A stretch of DNA of 64,000 bases, taken from NCBI GenBank assembly GCA_977017575.1, contig CDRNVI010000002.1, positions 1 to 64,000 on the forward strand, written 5' to 3'. The stretch's first letter is position 1, and every line of letters starts with the position of its first letter. The position numbers and the translations under genes were made by a program. The notes beneath the pieces were generated by a model, which was given only the letters and a program-made list of their open reading frames with translations, had not been told where the DNA came from and ran no database searches. Source of the stretch: Paramoeba atlantica. Taxonomy: Eukaryota > Protista > Discosea. Below are positions 9,810 through 19,849 of this stretch, in pieces.

Positions 9810-9985
9810 AAAAAGTAAAAGTGAAGACGAACTATTTATAGTTAATATCGCGACCGGGGGGTCTCTACTGATGCGGCATTGCCTCTATATACCCAGTACA
9901 TGAAAGCAAAAAAATATTTACTTTCCTCTTTCATATTCTGCTCTGCTTTCAATTATCGAAAAGGTGAACAAAGGCAGCGAAAAAT

Positions 9986-10774
9986 CTACATGATGCTACA
10001 CGTCTTTTCATGACAAGTATCTTCGCATGGAAAATTTGATAGTGTAATCCTCGTCTTTTTACAAAATAAGGTATTTCTTTCTAGTAGTCCTGGCGGCAGT
10101 TGAGTTGAAGAAAGCTCTCCACATAGTCTCGGATTGTTACTTACGTCCAAGAGGCAAAGGCTTCTGGGCACTAACCCAATTTCAAGTGTGCCACTGACTT
10201 CTCACAAATTATTGCTACTGAGGTATAGTTTTCGCATTTCAAGTGGTATCTCTTCCCAACGAAGTGTACCGAAAAAGTGGTTATCAGCAACACCGAAGGC
10301 CTTCAGACCTCGAGGCAAAGCCCCAAATTGCAACGACCCACTAAGTTGATTGTATGAAAGATATACTTCTACAAGCATTTTAGGGATTAATTCCCATTCG
10401 GGATTGCCGCGAAGGTTTCGGTCGCCCCAGAGTACTCTTGTCAAAGTCGGTCCGTTGCATTCTACTCCGCTCCACTGACATATAGGAGTGTCTGTTGTCC
10501 AGGACGGGTGCGTGTTCTCAATGTCTTGCAAAAATCGGGCCAATGCATACTCCTGCGGCAAGGAAGCCGTTCTGACTCTTCCTAAGCGACACGATGTGTC
10601 GTACATGTCCGCAGCAAAACAACAGCATATTCCTTGAATAAATATTTGTCTGGTCATCAAAAACAAAAATACAACGTTTTCAAAAACGTTTTTAACAAGA
10701 CAGGTAAGATTTTGATTTCTATAAATACGAACCTTATTTAGTAGCGCTGAGGATTTCTTAATAAGAAAGAACAC
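9986..10774 (-). pseudogene. LRR protein interrupted by an in-frame TGA
   Basis: ORFs 10202-10774 and 9986-10171 share a frame: LYLSSNNL*EVSGTLEIGLVPRSLCLLDVSNN; LRRNT_2-type cap SWTTDTPICQWSGVEC; start uncertain. Confidence 0.75.
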
Positions 10775-10857
10775 TTCTTAAAACGAAACACTTATTGCTC
10801 TGAAATAGTATTCTTTGAATAATAGCTGTCGTTACTAACTTGACTTGTTAAAAACAT

Positions 10858-11547
10858 TCACTTGTGAGATAAAATTGCACGTCGATAGTCATATGTTGCA
10901 GAAATGTCTGTATCGCTAAAGGAGATGCGGGTACCAGAACTCTGAAATAATTCGACCTTTCCACCGAGTTCCCGATTTCCATCCAATGAGAGTTGCTTGA
11001 GTTTTCCAGAAAGAACACCCACGGTTGTATTGCCCGAAAAAAGGTTCTTTGAAAGTAGTAGGTGCTCTAATTCCTCCGGCAGACATTCGAGCTCAAGAGG
11101 GCCGATAAGATGGTTGCTATTCAAGTTAAGATAGCGTACCACAGAAGGTAACGAATCAAAGCGTAGTGGGGATGAATTTTTGAAGCGATTGCAACTTAAA
11201 TCAAGGTGAGACAATTTTTCGGGCAAAGTTTCGAACACCAGATCACCGGAAAGATCGCCCTCCACAACGGAAAAATACTCCACGGATCGCGGCAGTGCTG
11301 ATAGGACAAGAGAGCCTCTTAGCAAAGGAATTATATTACTCCAATCGATTTTACGTATCTCTTGCCCCACATCTACACGATACCATCGGTACGCGGGTGT
11401 AGTTACGTTCCATGATGGATGTGGATTCCACACGTTTGCAACAAGACGCGCAAGTCGGAATTCTGGGGGCAGCTCTGTATTTTTTACCTTGGATGGGCGA
11501 AGAGGCAAATTTTCGGCGGCCTTAAATTTCAATGTAGAACAAATCAT
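10858..11547 (-). CDS. Small leucine-rich-repeat protein
   Basis: LxxLxLxxNxFxG repeats; N-terminal RPSKV..LPPEFRLARL..NPHPSW motif shared with paralogues; start uncertain. Confidence 0.85.
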   Translation of the reverse strand: MICSTLKFKAAENLPLRPSKVKNTELPPEFRLARLVANVWNPHPSWNVTTPAYRWYRVDVGQEIRKIDWSNIIPLLRGSLVLSALPRSVEYFSVVEGDLSGDLVFETLPEKLSHLDLSCNRFKNSSPLRFDSLPSVVRYLNLNSNHLIGPLELECLPEELEHLLLSKNLFSGNTTVGVLSGKLKQLSLDGNRELGGKVELFQSSGTRISFSDTDISATYDYRRAILSHK

Positions 11548-11909
11548 AGTTCTGGTGTCGATATCGTTTCAAGAATATGTAGGATTTATTCTAATAAATG
11601 TAACACGGGGAATGGTACATTATATAAAATCGGAATTCGAATGGAAAAGTGTCGCGAAAACCTGTGTCACTGCAGTTAAATTTTTTATGCTTGTATACTT
11701 GTAACTGAAAAGAGCAATATCAAAGTCAGCGGATTGAAGTAAAAACCAAAATACTCGGCAGACCCTATAAAAGCACAATCCCGCGCTAAAATCCGTGCGA
11801 GGCCGCGCAAGACCCTACCCACAGATCATACATGTATCACATATCATAAGCAAATACATGTGTGTACATGCATATACATGTATGTACATGAGGAGCCTAT
11901 TAATAAACT

Positions 11910-12587
11910 TCACGAACGTTTGATCCGGCTCTTAGTCACGTACCTCACATAAAAATATAGTGCTTCGCTATTAGCAGGGTCTATAACTAAATTCTTCTTC
12001 CCAAAGAAAGTTTGTTTCGTCCGCGGTTCAACAATTTTGTGAGTGAAATCGTGTATCGGGTTCGGTTCCAAGGAGAAATTAGGTATTTCGTATGTATTTA
12101 ATGAGGCTGTTTTACCCTGCTTCGCTAAATAGCCGTAGTAGGCGTCCTGAACAGTCATTGACTTACAGTAATAAACTTTTAGTGTATGCGGAGAGGATGG
12201 CGGAGTCGCACTTAAAGAAATATATATCAAAAAGAGAAACCACATTGGTAAAACCATCCAATCACGATGCGCATTTCGCCTAGGCCCCAACGCGCTCAAA
12301 AAAGCATGGAACACCATGTCTGCAAGCTCTGTGGAACCTGGATCATCTGTGTTACTGGGAAGAACGGTCTCGCCGTGCCAGTCATACGCTCTTCTTAATC
12401 TTGTATTTATTAGTACATCTCGTGCATAACTTACACGGAGAAAGCTCGAATGACTTTCAGTACCAGCTTTATCAGGGTGGACGAACCGAGACACTCTACG
12501 ATATGCCTTCCGAACTTCATCTGTCGTGCAATCAGACGAAAGTCCTAATACTTCATAGAGAGATTTAGACTTGCCGATCTGTTCCAT
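11910..12587 (-). CDS. DnaJ/HSP40 J-domain membrane protein (DNAJB12/14-like architecture)
   Basis: SLYEVLGL..VRKAYRRVSRFVHPDK; hydrophobic segment WMVLPMWFLFLIYISL; ATG taken at 12587. Confidence 0.85.
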   Translation of the reverse strand: MEQIGKSKSLYEVLGLSSDCTTDEVRKAYRRVSRFVHPDKAGTESHSSFLRVSYARDVLINTRLRRAYDWHGETVLPSNTDDPGSTELADMVFHAFLSALGPRRNAHRDWMVLPMWFLFLIYISLSATPPSSPHTLKVYYCKSMTVQDAYYGYLAKQGKTASLNTYEIPNFSLEPNPIHDFTHKIVEPRTKQTFFGKKNLVIDPANSEALYFYVRYVTKSRIKRS

Positions 12588-13193
12588 ATCATGTAGAACA
12601 ATACAAACAAATACAAGAGGGGAATTCAAATCAATGCAAGAGGAAATTATTTTTCGCGAAACCATCAAAGCAAAAAACTATTGTAAATCGTTGATAAAAG
12701 CTTTGTCTGTCAAAAAACTATCGTAACCAAAATTATTATGGATACAAATCTATTATTACCAAGCCGTAACACAATGAACTAATGAAAAATCACAATTACT
12801 TTCGTATGACGACAATTATAAATAGAGAAGCAAATAAAGATTTTTTTTCCGTAAGCCCCCCGTCCAGCTAACCTCGTACCTCGCGGCGGTACCAGTCTTG
12901 TGCCGCCGCCTGTACAATCTGGGCGTTAAAAAATAAAGATAGTCTTTTGGTACAGAAGAAAGAATCTACTAGAGACTCATAGCATCAAAAAAATTGAAGA
13001 CGAATAAGTTTTGTAGCATCCGACAGTCAAATTTGTCGTTGCGAAAAGTAAAATAGTTGCTATATTGCATGCAATCTCTAAAAAACCAAGAACTGCTTTC
13101 ATAGAAGATAATTCAAACATGTAGATGCATATGGGTGGATTGTGAAAAATCTTGGGAATATACTGTACCTCATCTCTAGTACTCCGCATAAAT

Positions 13194-15077
13194 TTAATGG
13201 CGCCGTCGGTGGGATCCATGATTTCGGTAGGTTGATTTTACTCTTTGCTGGGTAGCCCTCATAACAATATCCGGTAGCCATTCTGGGACTGTCTGATTGT
13301 GTTCTTTCAATATTTCCAAAAGTTCATTCGCTAGAGGGGTGTCACTTGATTGAAAAAAGGCAGTGGCAAGCCCAACATTTCCTGCTCGACCTGTACGCCC
13401 GATGCGATGGATGTAGTCATCCATGGCACTTGGCATATCGTACTGAATAACGTGAGACACGTTGGGAATATCCAATCCGCGACTTGCGACGTCTGTCGCA
13501 ACGAGTACTGAAATCTCACCCGATCGGAAGAGTCGCAGCGCTTCTTCTCTTTCACGCTGGGAGCGATCCCCATGAAGTGTTGCGACAGATATCCCGTCAT
13601 TGGAGAGAGATATCATTAGCTCATCTGCGGCTCGCTTGGTTTCGACAAAAATCAGGGTCAGTGCCTCGGGATCTTTCTGCAGCAATCGTCGTGTCAGAGG
13701 AAGTTTTCTGTCACCTTCGACCAATTCGACGCGCTGCGTGATTCCTTCCGTGGTACTTCCGACTCTGCCTACCGTAACGAAATAGTAGTTAGCGAGGTAG
13801 TTCTTGGCAAGCGTCTGAATCATTAGTGGAAAGGTAGCACTAAACATTAAAGTTTGCCGATCTCCGGTGCTTGGCATGTCTGAATCCTTTAGAATTTGGT
13901 CAATTTGCTCCCCGAATCCAAGATCCAGCATGCGGTCGGCCTCATCCAAGACAACAAATCGCGTACAGGCAAAGTGAACGGTTTGTCTGTTGTACAGATC
14001 CCACAGTCGCCCAGGTGTTGCGACGACAAGATCTGCCCCTCGACGTAATTCCGCCATTTGTGGCGGAAGCTCAACACCCCCGTAGCATATCACAGAGCGC
14101 AGTTCCGTGCGGAAACAGAACTTACGCGCCTCGTCGTGGATTTGCAAAACAAGCTCTCGTGTGGGACCTAGAACAAGAGCTACCGGAAGGGCCCCACGGT
14201 AATGTGGATCCTGGCGAAGATGCATCGGCAAACGCCCTTTTCCATTCTCTAAAATGTCCGCTATGATGGGAACAAGAAACGCGGCAGTCTTGCCTGAGCC
14301 CGTTTGAGCACACGCCATTAAATCTTTTCCACGGAGAACAATGGGGAGCGCGTATTGCTGAATAGGAGTGGGAGTGATGTATCCTGCGCGGTCAATATTT
14401 TCCAGGAGGCTTGGAGGCAGCTGAGCATTGTTGAAACCAGTCCAAGGCTGAATATTATTTGGAACGCAGTTGACCGGAATTTTGCTGTAATGCGCAAAAT
14501 TAATTCCCGTACTCATTTTCGTTTTTTGAAACAATTCCAAAACGGCCTCTTCTTCTGTATTGCCTCTTAGCGATGTTGTGTGATGCATTGTTTCACCAGC
14601 TTCGGCAATGTTTCGATTTTCTCGAAAGCTGTTCGGGCGCCCAATACGGTTTTTTTCACTTCGGTACGCAAAGTTTCGAAAATTCTCCGGTGCTGCATAC
14701 TGAGAGAAGCCTGCAGACTTTTGAAATCGAGATCCTAGACTCTTCTCTTCTGCAGACCTGGTTTCCATTTGTAAAGCGTCGGTTTCATCGTGCTGTTGTC
14801 TTGTTCTTATGGAATGATCATAGCGTCCCCAGACTCCACTACAATCATATTCTTTATCCTTGACAGTTGGTCTAGGTTTCTCGCCAGTGTCTCGAGCGTC
14901 GTGGACTGCGCCGTAATCGTGAGGGGAAGCTCTTCCTCTTTCTCTCCCACTTTCTCTACCACGTGAGATTCCACGCCTCGGACGATCTCCCACTTTTGCT
15001 TCATCTTTGAAAGATACTATTCCGCGAGACAGCTCAGAAGTCCCTAGAGCTCTATGGGAAGCACCACCCTTCCACAC
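13194..15077 (-). CDS. DEAD-box RNA helicase, Ded1/DDX3-like
   Basis: TPTPIQ, DLMACAQTGSGKTAAF, PTREL, TPGRL, DEADRMLDLGF, SAT, RGLDI, HRIGRTGRAG; start codon uncertain. Confidence 0.95.
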   Translation of the reverse strand: MWKGGASHRALGTSELSRGIVSFKDEAKVGDRPRRGISRGRESGRERGRASPHDYGAVHDARDTGEKPRPTVKDKEYDCSGVWGRYDHSIRTRQQHDETDALQMETRSAEEKSLGSRFQKSAGFSQYAAPENFRNFAYRSEKNRIGRPNSFRENRNIAEAGETMHHTTSLRGNTEEEAVLELFQKTKMSTGINFAHYSKIPVNCVPNNIQPWTGFNNAQLPPSLLENIDRAGYITPTPIQQYALPIVLRGKDLMACAQTGSGKTAAFLVPIIADILENGKGRLPMHLRQDPHYRGALPVALVLGPTRELVLQIHDEARKFCFRTELRSVICYGGVELPPQMAELRRGADLVVATPGRLWDLYNRQTVHFACTRFVVLDEADRMLDLGFGEQIDQILKDSDMPSTGDRQTLMFSATFPLMIQTLAKNYLANYYFVTVGRVGSTTEGITQRVELVEGDRKLPLTRRLLQKDPEALTLIFVETKRAADELMISLSNDGISVATLHGDRSQREREEALRLFRSGEISVLVATDVASRGLDIPNVSHVIQYDMPSAMDDYIHRIGRTGRAGNVGLATAFFQSSDTPLANELLEILKEHNQTVPEWLPDIVMRATQQRVKSTYRNHGSHRRRH

Positions 15078-15429
15078 GTTACCCGTAGAGCACTTATTTT
15101 GCGAGCTGTTCGAGGTAGAATCTGCAGAGCTGGACAGTTTGAAAAGTTAACAAATAAAAGCTTGCTAAAGTAAAAATATAAATATTACGTAGAAAAAATA
15201 TTACACTTTTCTAGATGCACTCTATGTTAAAATAATTGTTGTGTATTCAAGTACCAAATATATTAAAAAAACACCAAGTGTGACGTGTTTTAGCTTCCTA
15301 GTTGCACATTGGTAACTTGACCTCGTTATACCTGGTTGAGAATGACTAGAAAGGAATACGCAGTTCGTACACAGTAGCATAAAAAAACATAGACCAATGA
15401 AAAAAACAATAAAGATCGAAGAGGTTAAC

Positions 15430-17805
15430 TCAGACAGCGTCGTCAACCGGAGCATACCCAGCTCTTCTGAGATCAAGCAGATAACTGTAGTAATCGGGAC
15501 GGTCAGTTACTATTTCGCGACTATCAAGATTTCGTGTTCGCGAATACTGACAACGCTCATTGCGCAAAATACCCTGAACTTTTTCATCGACAAAGTTTCC
15601 ATAATGTTGCATATTTCTGTCATATGTTTTGGAATTCGGTCGGACAACCTTGATGATTCGTTTTTGAACCGGATTTTTTGCGAAATTCGTCATTGCTATT
15701 TCATTGTAACCACCTGCTCTAGATACCGGATTTTCATTAAAAAGCGGAAACTCGTCTGGAACAATATGGGAAGGATTCAAGGAAACGATTACAGGTTGTA
15801 CCAGGGGTATGGTCTCTACCATAAATCGGACTGCATATATGGGCATCATGGCATCTGTGCCGTAGCTATGAGTACATAGATTCAGTTCATCACTTGGCAG
15901 GAGTGGAGTAATGGTCCCCTTCTCAATTTCCTCGCGTACTAACACCAAAGTCCACCGAAGGTCTTGCGGAAGTGTGCACAAATGTTTCGAACGAGTTTGT
16001 ATGGCGCGGAGTACACTGTATGGCACCACGGGACGGTATGCGCCGGTTTGCTGCAAATCCATTTCCGCTGTAATAAAATCACGAGTGCAAATAGGCCAGA
16101 AACAGCTTGTGTCCAGAAATCTTACCGCATTGGCAGTTCGACGCAAGAACTCTATCGTAGGAGCTGACGTGAACCCTTGTACGGCTCTCATATCAAGTGC
16201 TTCGAAATGTGGTAAACACTGCATTAGAATACGGTCAAGTGTATGTACGTCTCCAACGGTTCTGGCTATCAGGGTCTCACGCTGAGCTGTATCGGATACT
16301 CTCATGAGCAAATCAAAAAGATGTAAGTAGTCTTCTATCACACGGTTTTCGTCTCCCATGATGTTCCATAAATTTTCTACCATGTCAGTGTCAATAGGAT
16401 ACATTGACCCTAGAGCCAAGAATAGTTGTGGAGCGAAACGAGTATGCTCCAGTCGAGACCTTACTTGATTCGCTGACCATGGAAGCGGACGTGTGTCGTT
16501 TAGAACAGATTGAGGAATGCGCGACGATAAAAACGTGTTACTGCTCATTGAAACACCCTTTTCTCGTATTATTCTTAGTACACAGCTCCGTATTGCTGCA
16601 ATAATATCATCTCTCCAGAAACCTCCGAGGGTCATGTACAAGAATATTTCGGTAGAGAGATGGAAGGTTGCATTAAATTCTGTGAGAGTTGAGGATAAAA
16701 GGCGAATAGCCATGTTTCCTGTTGCTTGAACAAAAGTTCCATTGGCCCATTGACGTAAAGATAGAGCAGCTCCTAGAATAGTCACAATATTTTCTAGTGG
16801 CCATTCATCAATGTTTTGCAACGCTAATTCTTGACCCAAAGTAAACAGCACTTTGCCACAACCCGGGTGCCATTCAGTAATCGCATCTCCTATTCGGAGA
16901 AAAGCACGAGCAGTATCGCGGACAGCGTCTTTTTGACGTGTGACAAGTCTTTCGTAATTTGTTGTTGCGTCATCACATCGAACGTGCGAGAAGCAACGAA
17001 GAACGGTGGCTAAAAACTTCGGATCTGTAATAATGCGCTGATTCCCAGGGGAGGTAGTAAGATGCTCCTCAATCTTGCTCAAAAAATTAAAGTGAGATTG
17101 ATGTTGAAGTGGATCCGGCAATCGTATATGTGAGTGTACTGATATAGGTCTTGAAATTACTTTCTGGGAAAGAAATGGAGCTCCAATTTCGTGATTTTTA
17201 GCAAGTTCAATTAATACGGCTGCAAGATCTTGATTTGAAAATTTGGGGAGTATCGATAGAATATCTTCCCTTATGTACACGCACTGTATGTTTTGGAAGT
17301 TAAAAGAGGAACATTTTTTCCATTCGTACAGAAGTTCACTAGGACTACGCGCAGAACGGTAACGTGAAATTTGGGACGTAAGTTCAGGATCAATACGTTC
17401 GATTAGAGGATTTCGTGCGTCTGGAGCATTCAATGCACGGCCCAAACCGGTGTATCCCGCCGAATAAAAATGTGAACTCTCGTCAACATACTGTATATTC
17501 GATTGGTTTTCCGACGTTTCGTTAGCGTCCAATGATTCTAATAATTTCTTATCGCTTTCCTCAAGACTGGATACATGAGTTGATGGTGAAATTGATAAGG
17601 GTATGTCTGGAAGGGTATCAGTTGGGATGAAAGTTGGTCCGTAGCCGAATTCTTCATCATACTTGGGGAGAGGGTAAGGTGTATACGTAGGGGGAAGCGA
17701 TTTCGGTTCCTGATGTTCTACAGGGGAGTGTAGTGCGAAATTTGGTACCGAAGGGGGAACTAATCCTGGAATTAACATACGGCATAGTGACGTAGGTCGT
17801 GGCAT
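15430..17805 (-). CDS. Hypothetical helical protein (791 aa), possibly with a RAP-like C-terminus
   Basis: Long ATG ORF; C-terminal LLDLRRAGY resembles the end of RAP domains (weak). Confidence 0.75.
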   Translation of the reverse strand: MPRPTSLCRMLIPGLVPPSVPNFALHSPVEHQEPKSLPPTYTPYPLPKYDEEFGYGPTFIPTDTLPDIPLSISPSTHVSSLEESDKKLLESLDANETSENQSNIQYVDESSHFYSAGYTGLGRALNAPDARNPLIERIDPELTSQISRYRSARSPSELLYEWKKCSSFNFQNIQCVYIREDILSILPKFSNQDLAAVLIELAKNHEIGAPFLSQKVISRPISVHSHIRLPDPLQHQSHFNFLSKIEEHLTTSPGNQRIITDPKFLATVLRCFSHVRCDDATTNYERLVTRQKDAVRDTARAFLRIGDAITEWHPGCGKVLFTLGQELALQNIDEWPLENIVTILGAALSLRQWANGTFVQATGNMAIRLLSSTLTEFNATFHLSTEIFLYMTLGGFWRDDIIAAIRSCVLRIIREKGVSMSSNTFLSSRIPQSVLNDTRPLPWSANQVRSRLEHTRFAPQLFLALGSMYPIDTDMVENLWNIMGDENRVIEDYLHLFDLLMRVSDTAQRETLIARTVGDVHTLDRILMQCLPHFEALDMRAVQGFTSAPTIEFLRRTANAVRFLDTSCFWPICTRDFITAEMDLQQTGAYRPVVPYSVLRAIQTRSKHLCTLPQDLRWTLVLVREEIEKGTITPLLPSDELNLCTHSYGTDAMMPIYAVRFMVETIPLVQPVIVSLNPSHIVPDEFPLFNENPVSRAGGYNEIAMTNFAKNPVQKRIIKVVRPNSKTYDRNMQHYGNFVDEKVQGILRNERCQYSRTRNLDSREIVTDRPDYYSYLLDLRRAGYAPVDDAV

Positions 17806-18292
17806 TTCATGAGGAATACGAACAAGAAGTGTGTAGAAATAGAACAGGACGGAAAATCTTGATGAAACTAAAAACGGACGCTACATCGGTTCTATTATTA
17901 TAAAGCTATTTAAGGTTATTCTCAACTTGATAGTTCGAATCTAGGCACATACAAATAGTCCCAGTACGGAAAGTCAAGTTTCAATAAAAAGATAAACTTG
18001 ATAGAGCATCGAAATATTGTGATCGGTCCGTAACAATAAGTATTTTGCTATCCGTGTTGGTCTAATGATCACCACAAACAGTATTGTAGGATATGATATA
18101 TAAATGAGCAAAAACGAAGTAGACTTTCTATTTAGTATATTTTTTGGCTAATATTTGAGATTCTGCGCATTCGAAAAGGAGAGTAAAAAATCTACATCTT
18201 AAAAGCGTAATAGTGAACATATGATTTTTCATAGCGCAGAAACTATACAGTGAAATATTAAAATGCGTTCTGAATGATAAGCAATTCTCATA

Positions 18293-18571
18293 CTATTTTC
18301 CTGGGTACTGAGCTTTTTGCTGTTGCTCAAGTAAATCAGCAAATTTCTGCTTGAAAGTTGAGGAGTGCTCGCGCATTTTTCGATTAAACTTCTCGGTATG
18401 CTCTTTAATCATTTGCCCAAATTTTTCGTAGTGGTCCTTCATCTCAGGTGACAATGTAGAATCTTCCGGCTTCCCCTCAAAAAACTTTTTATTTTGATCT
18501 TCCATTTTCTTGCTGAACTCGTCATCAAGACGATCTAATTTGTCACTGAATTCCTGAAGGGTAGTGCACAT
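18293..18571 (-). CDS. KMP11: Kinetoplastid membrane protein 11
   Basis: 92 aa; TTLQEFSDKLDRLDDEFSKKMEDQNKKFFEGKPEDSTLSPEMKDHYEKF..EHTEKFNRKMREHS..FKQKFADLLEQQQKAQYPGK is the KMP-11 signature. Confidence 0.97.
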   Translation of the reverse strand: MCTTLQEFSDKLDRLDDEFSKKMEDQNKKFFEGKPEDSTLSPEMKDHYEKFGQMIKEHTEKFNRKMREHSSTFKQKFADLLEQQQKAQYPGK

Positions 18572-18575
18572 GATG

Positions 18576-18599
18576 CTAAGAGGTACAAGGTAAGAAAGC
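18576..18599 (-). promoter_or_regulatory. Likely trans-splice acceptor (pyrimidine tract + AG) for KMP-11
   Basis: Minus strand CTTTCTTACCTTGTACCTCTTAG followed by CATC-ATG. Confidence 0.5.
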
Positions 18600-18957
18600 G
18601 TTCTTATAAATTTAATCCAAACACTGTCAAATTCATGATTGGTTACGATTGTAAATTCAATTACGATCTGAGAGGGTTTTTAACTTGTTTTACTTATATA
18701 ATTTTACAATGTTCAATACCAGTCGACATTCCGTTTAGCAATACATAAAAGAAATTTCGTGTATGCGAATCTTTCCAATCGACAAAGAGTCACGCCAAAA
18801 AATGTCCGTCTAAAAAATGAATCGAATTTTTATTGCAAGTTCTATCACTCGTTTTGAGTCGCAATAGCAACTACGTAAAATATCCTCAAATCTTTAAATA
18901 AGTGCATTCAGAAAAACGAGATATTAGTTTTGAATATTCTAATGAATACTAGCTATG

Positions 18958-19317
18958 TTACTCGCTAGTAGAAGTAAATTTTCTTTGTTTTGACTCCTTC
19001 CACCTCTGAACTCTCCATCCCCGCTGAAGTAAGTATTTTTGCATTAGCAGGCTATCTTCAAGCAAAGATAACCACGTTGACATGGTAATAATACAAGCAA
19101 GGATGAGGACGTTGACAGCAGTAATGTCAAGTTTCGCTCTCGTTGCCATTTGAAAGCTATGAACAATCTCCATATACCATGGTGATTGGAAAAAAGATGA
19201 ACATAAGAGATTACGAGCTTCATTCATCCATTGCGGAAGAACAAGAAGGATTATAAAAGCAAGCGGAATGGAACCTAACGTTACCGACACACACTCAAGA
19301 ACATGAAAAATGTGCAT
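18958..19317 (-). CDS. Small membrane protein, possibly BAP31-N-like
   Basis: Hydrophobic segments (LGSIPLAFIILLVLP; VNVLILACIITM); ATG at 19317. Confidence 0.5.
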   Translation of the reverse strand: MHIFHVLECVSVTLGSIPLAFIILLVLPQWMNEARNLLCSSFFQSPWYMEIVHSFQMATRAKLDITAVNVLILACIITMSTWLSLLEDSLLMQKYLLQRGWRVQRWKESKQRKFTSTSE

Positions 19318-19849
19318 GATAAACAAAATAATTATACGTGAAAGGAAAACGAATAGGAAACAAAACATTTTGATAACCGCTTTTCCATAAAGTGTACCAT
19401 ACCTGAATTTCAACCGAAATGCGCTAAAAAAGAATCATTGCTAAGCTCATTGTGAAAAAACGATGTACCTGTAATACTTTGAGTAAAGCTTTGGGCCTTT
19501 AAAATTTCTCAAAAAGTATTACAAAAAATCAGGCAAGGTGTTTTGTGATTAACAATCATTATTATCTAATCTAATTTGCCACCTATACGTAAAAAAAGTA
19601 AATCTAAGTCTGATCTGAGAAAAGCTCTTTGTTTCAAGACATTAAAGTACTAGGATATTACTAGGGATTCTCCCGAAAAACGATATTGCAAGATATCAAA
19701 ACAAATCGATAGATCTCATCAATAAATTGGAGAGGTTATCATACAATAATATTTAAAGAACGTTTAATTTTGACAGAATACAAAGATTTCATAAATCTAG
19801 TTGATAAACGTAAAGATGCATTAGCAAGAAAGTAAGCATAAATACTCAC

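Noticed and set aside
10194-10205. 12-nt GT-AG cis-intron removing the LRR stop
   Set aside because: Too short to splice, gives a worse LRR turn than a 9-nt deletion, and cis-introns are very rare in kinetoplastids
12977-13281. Small ORFs downstream of the DEAD-box gene
   Set aside because: They overlap the helicase 3' end or UTR and have no recognisable features
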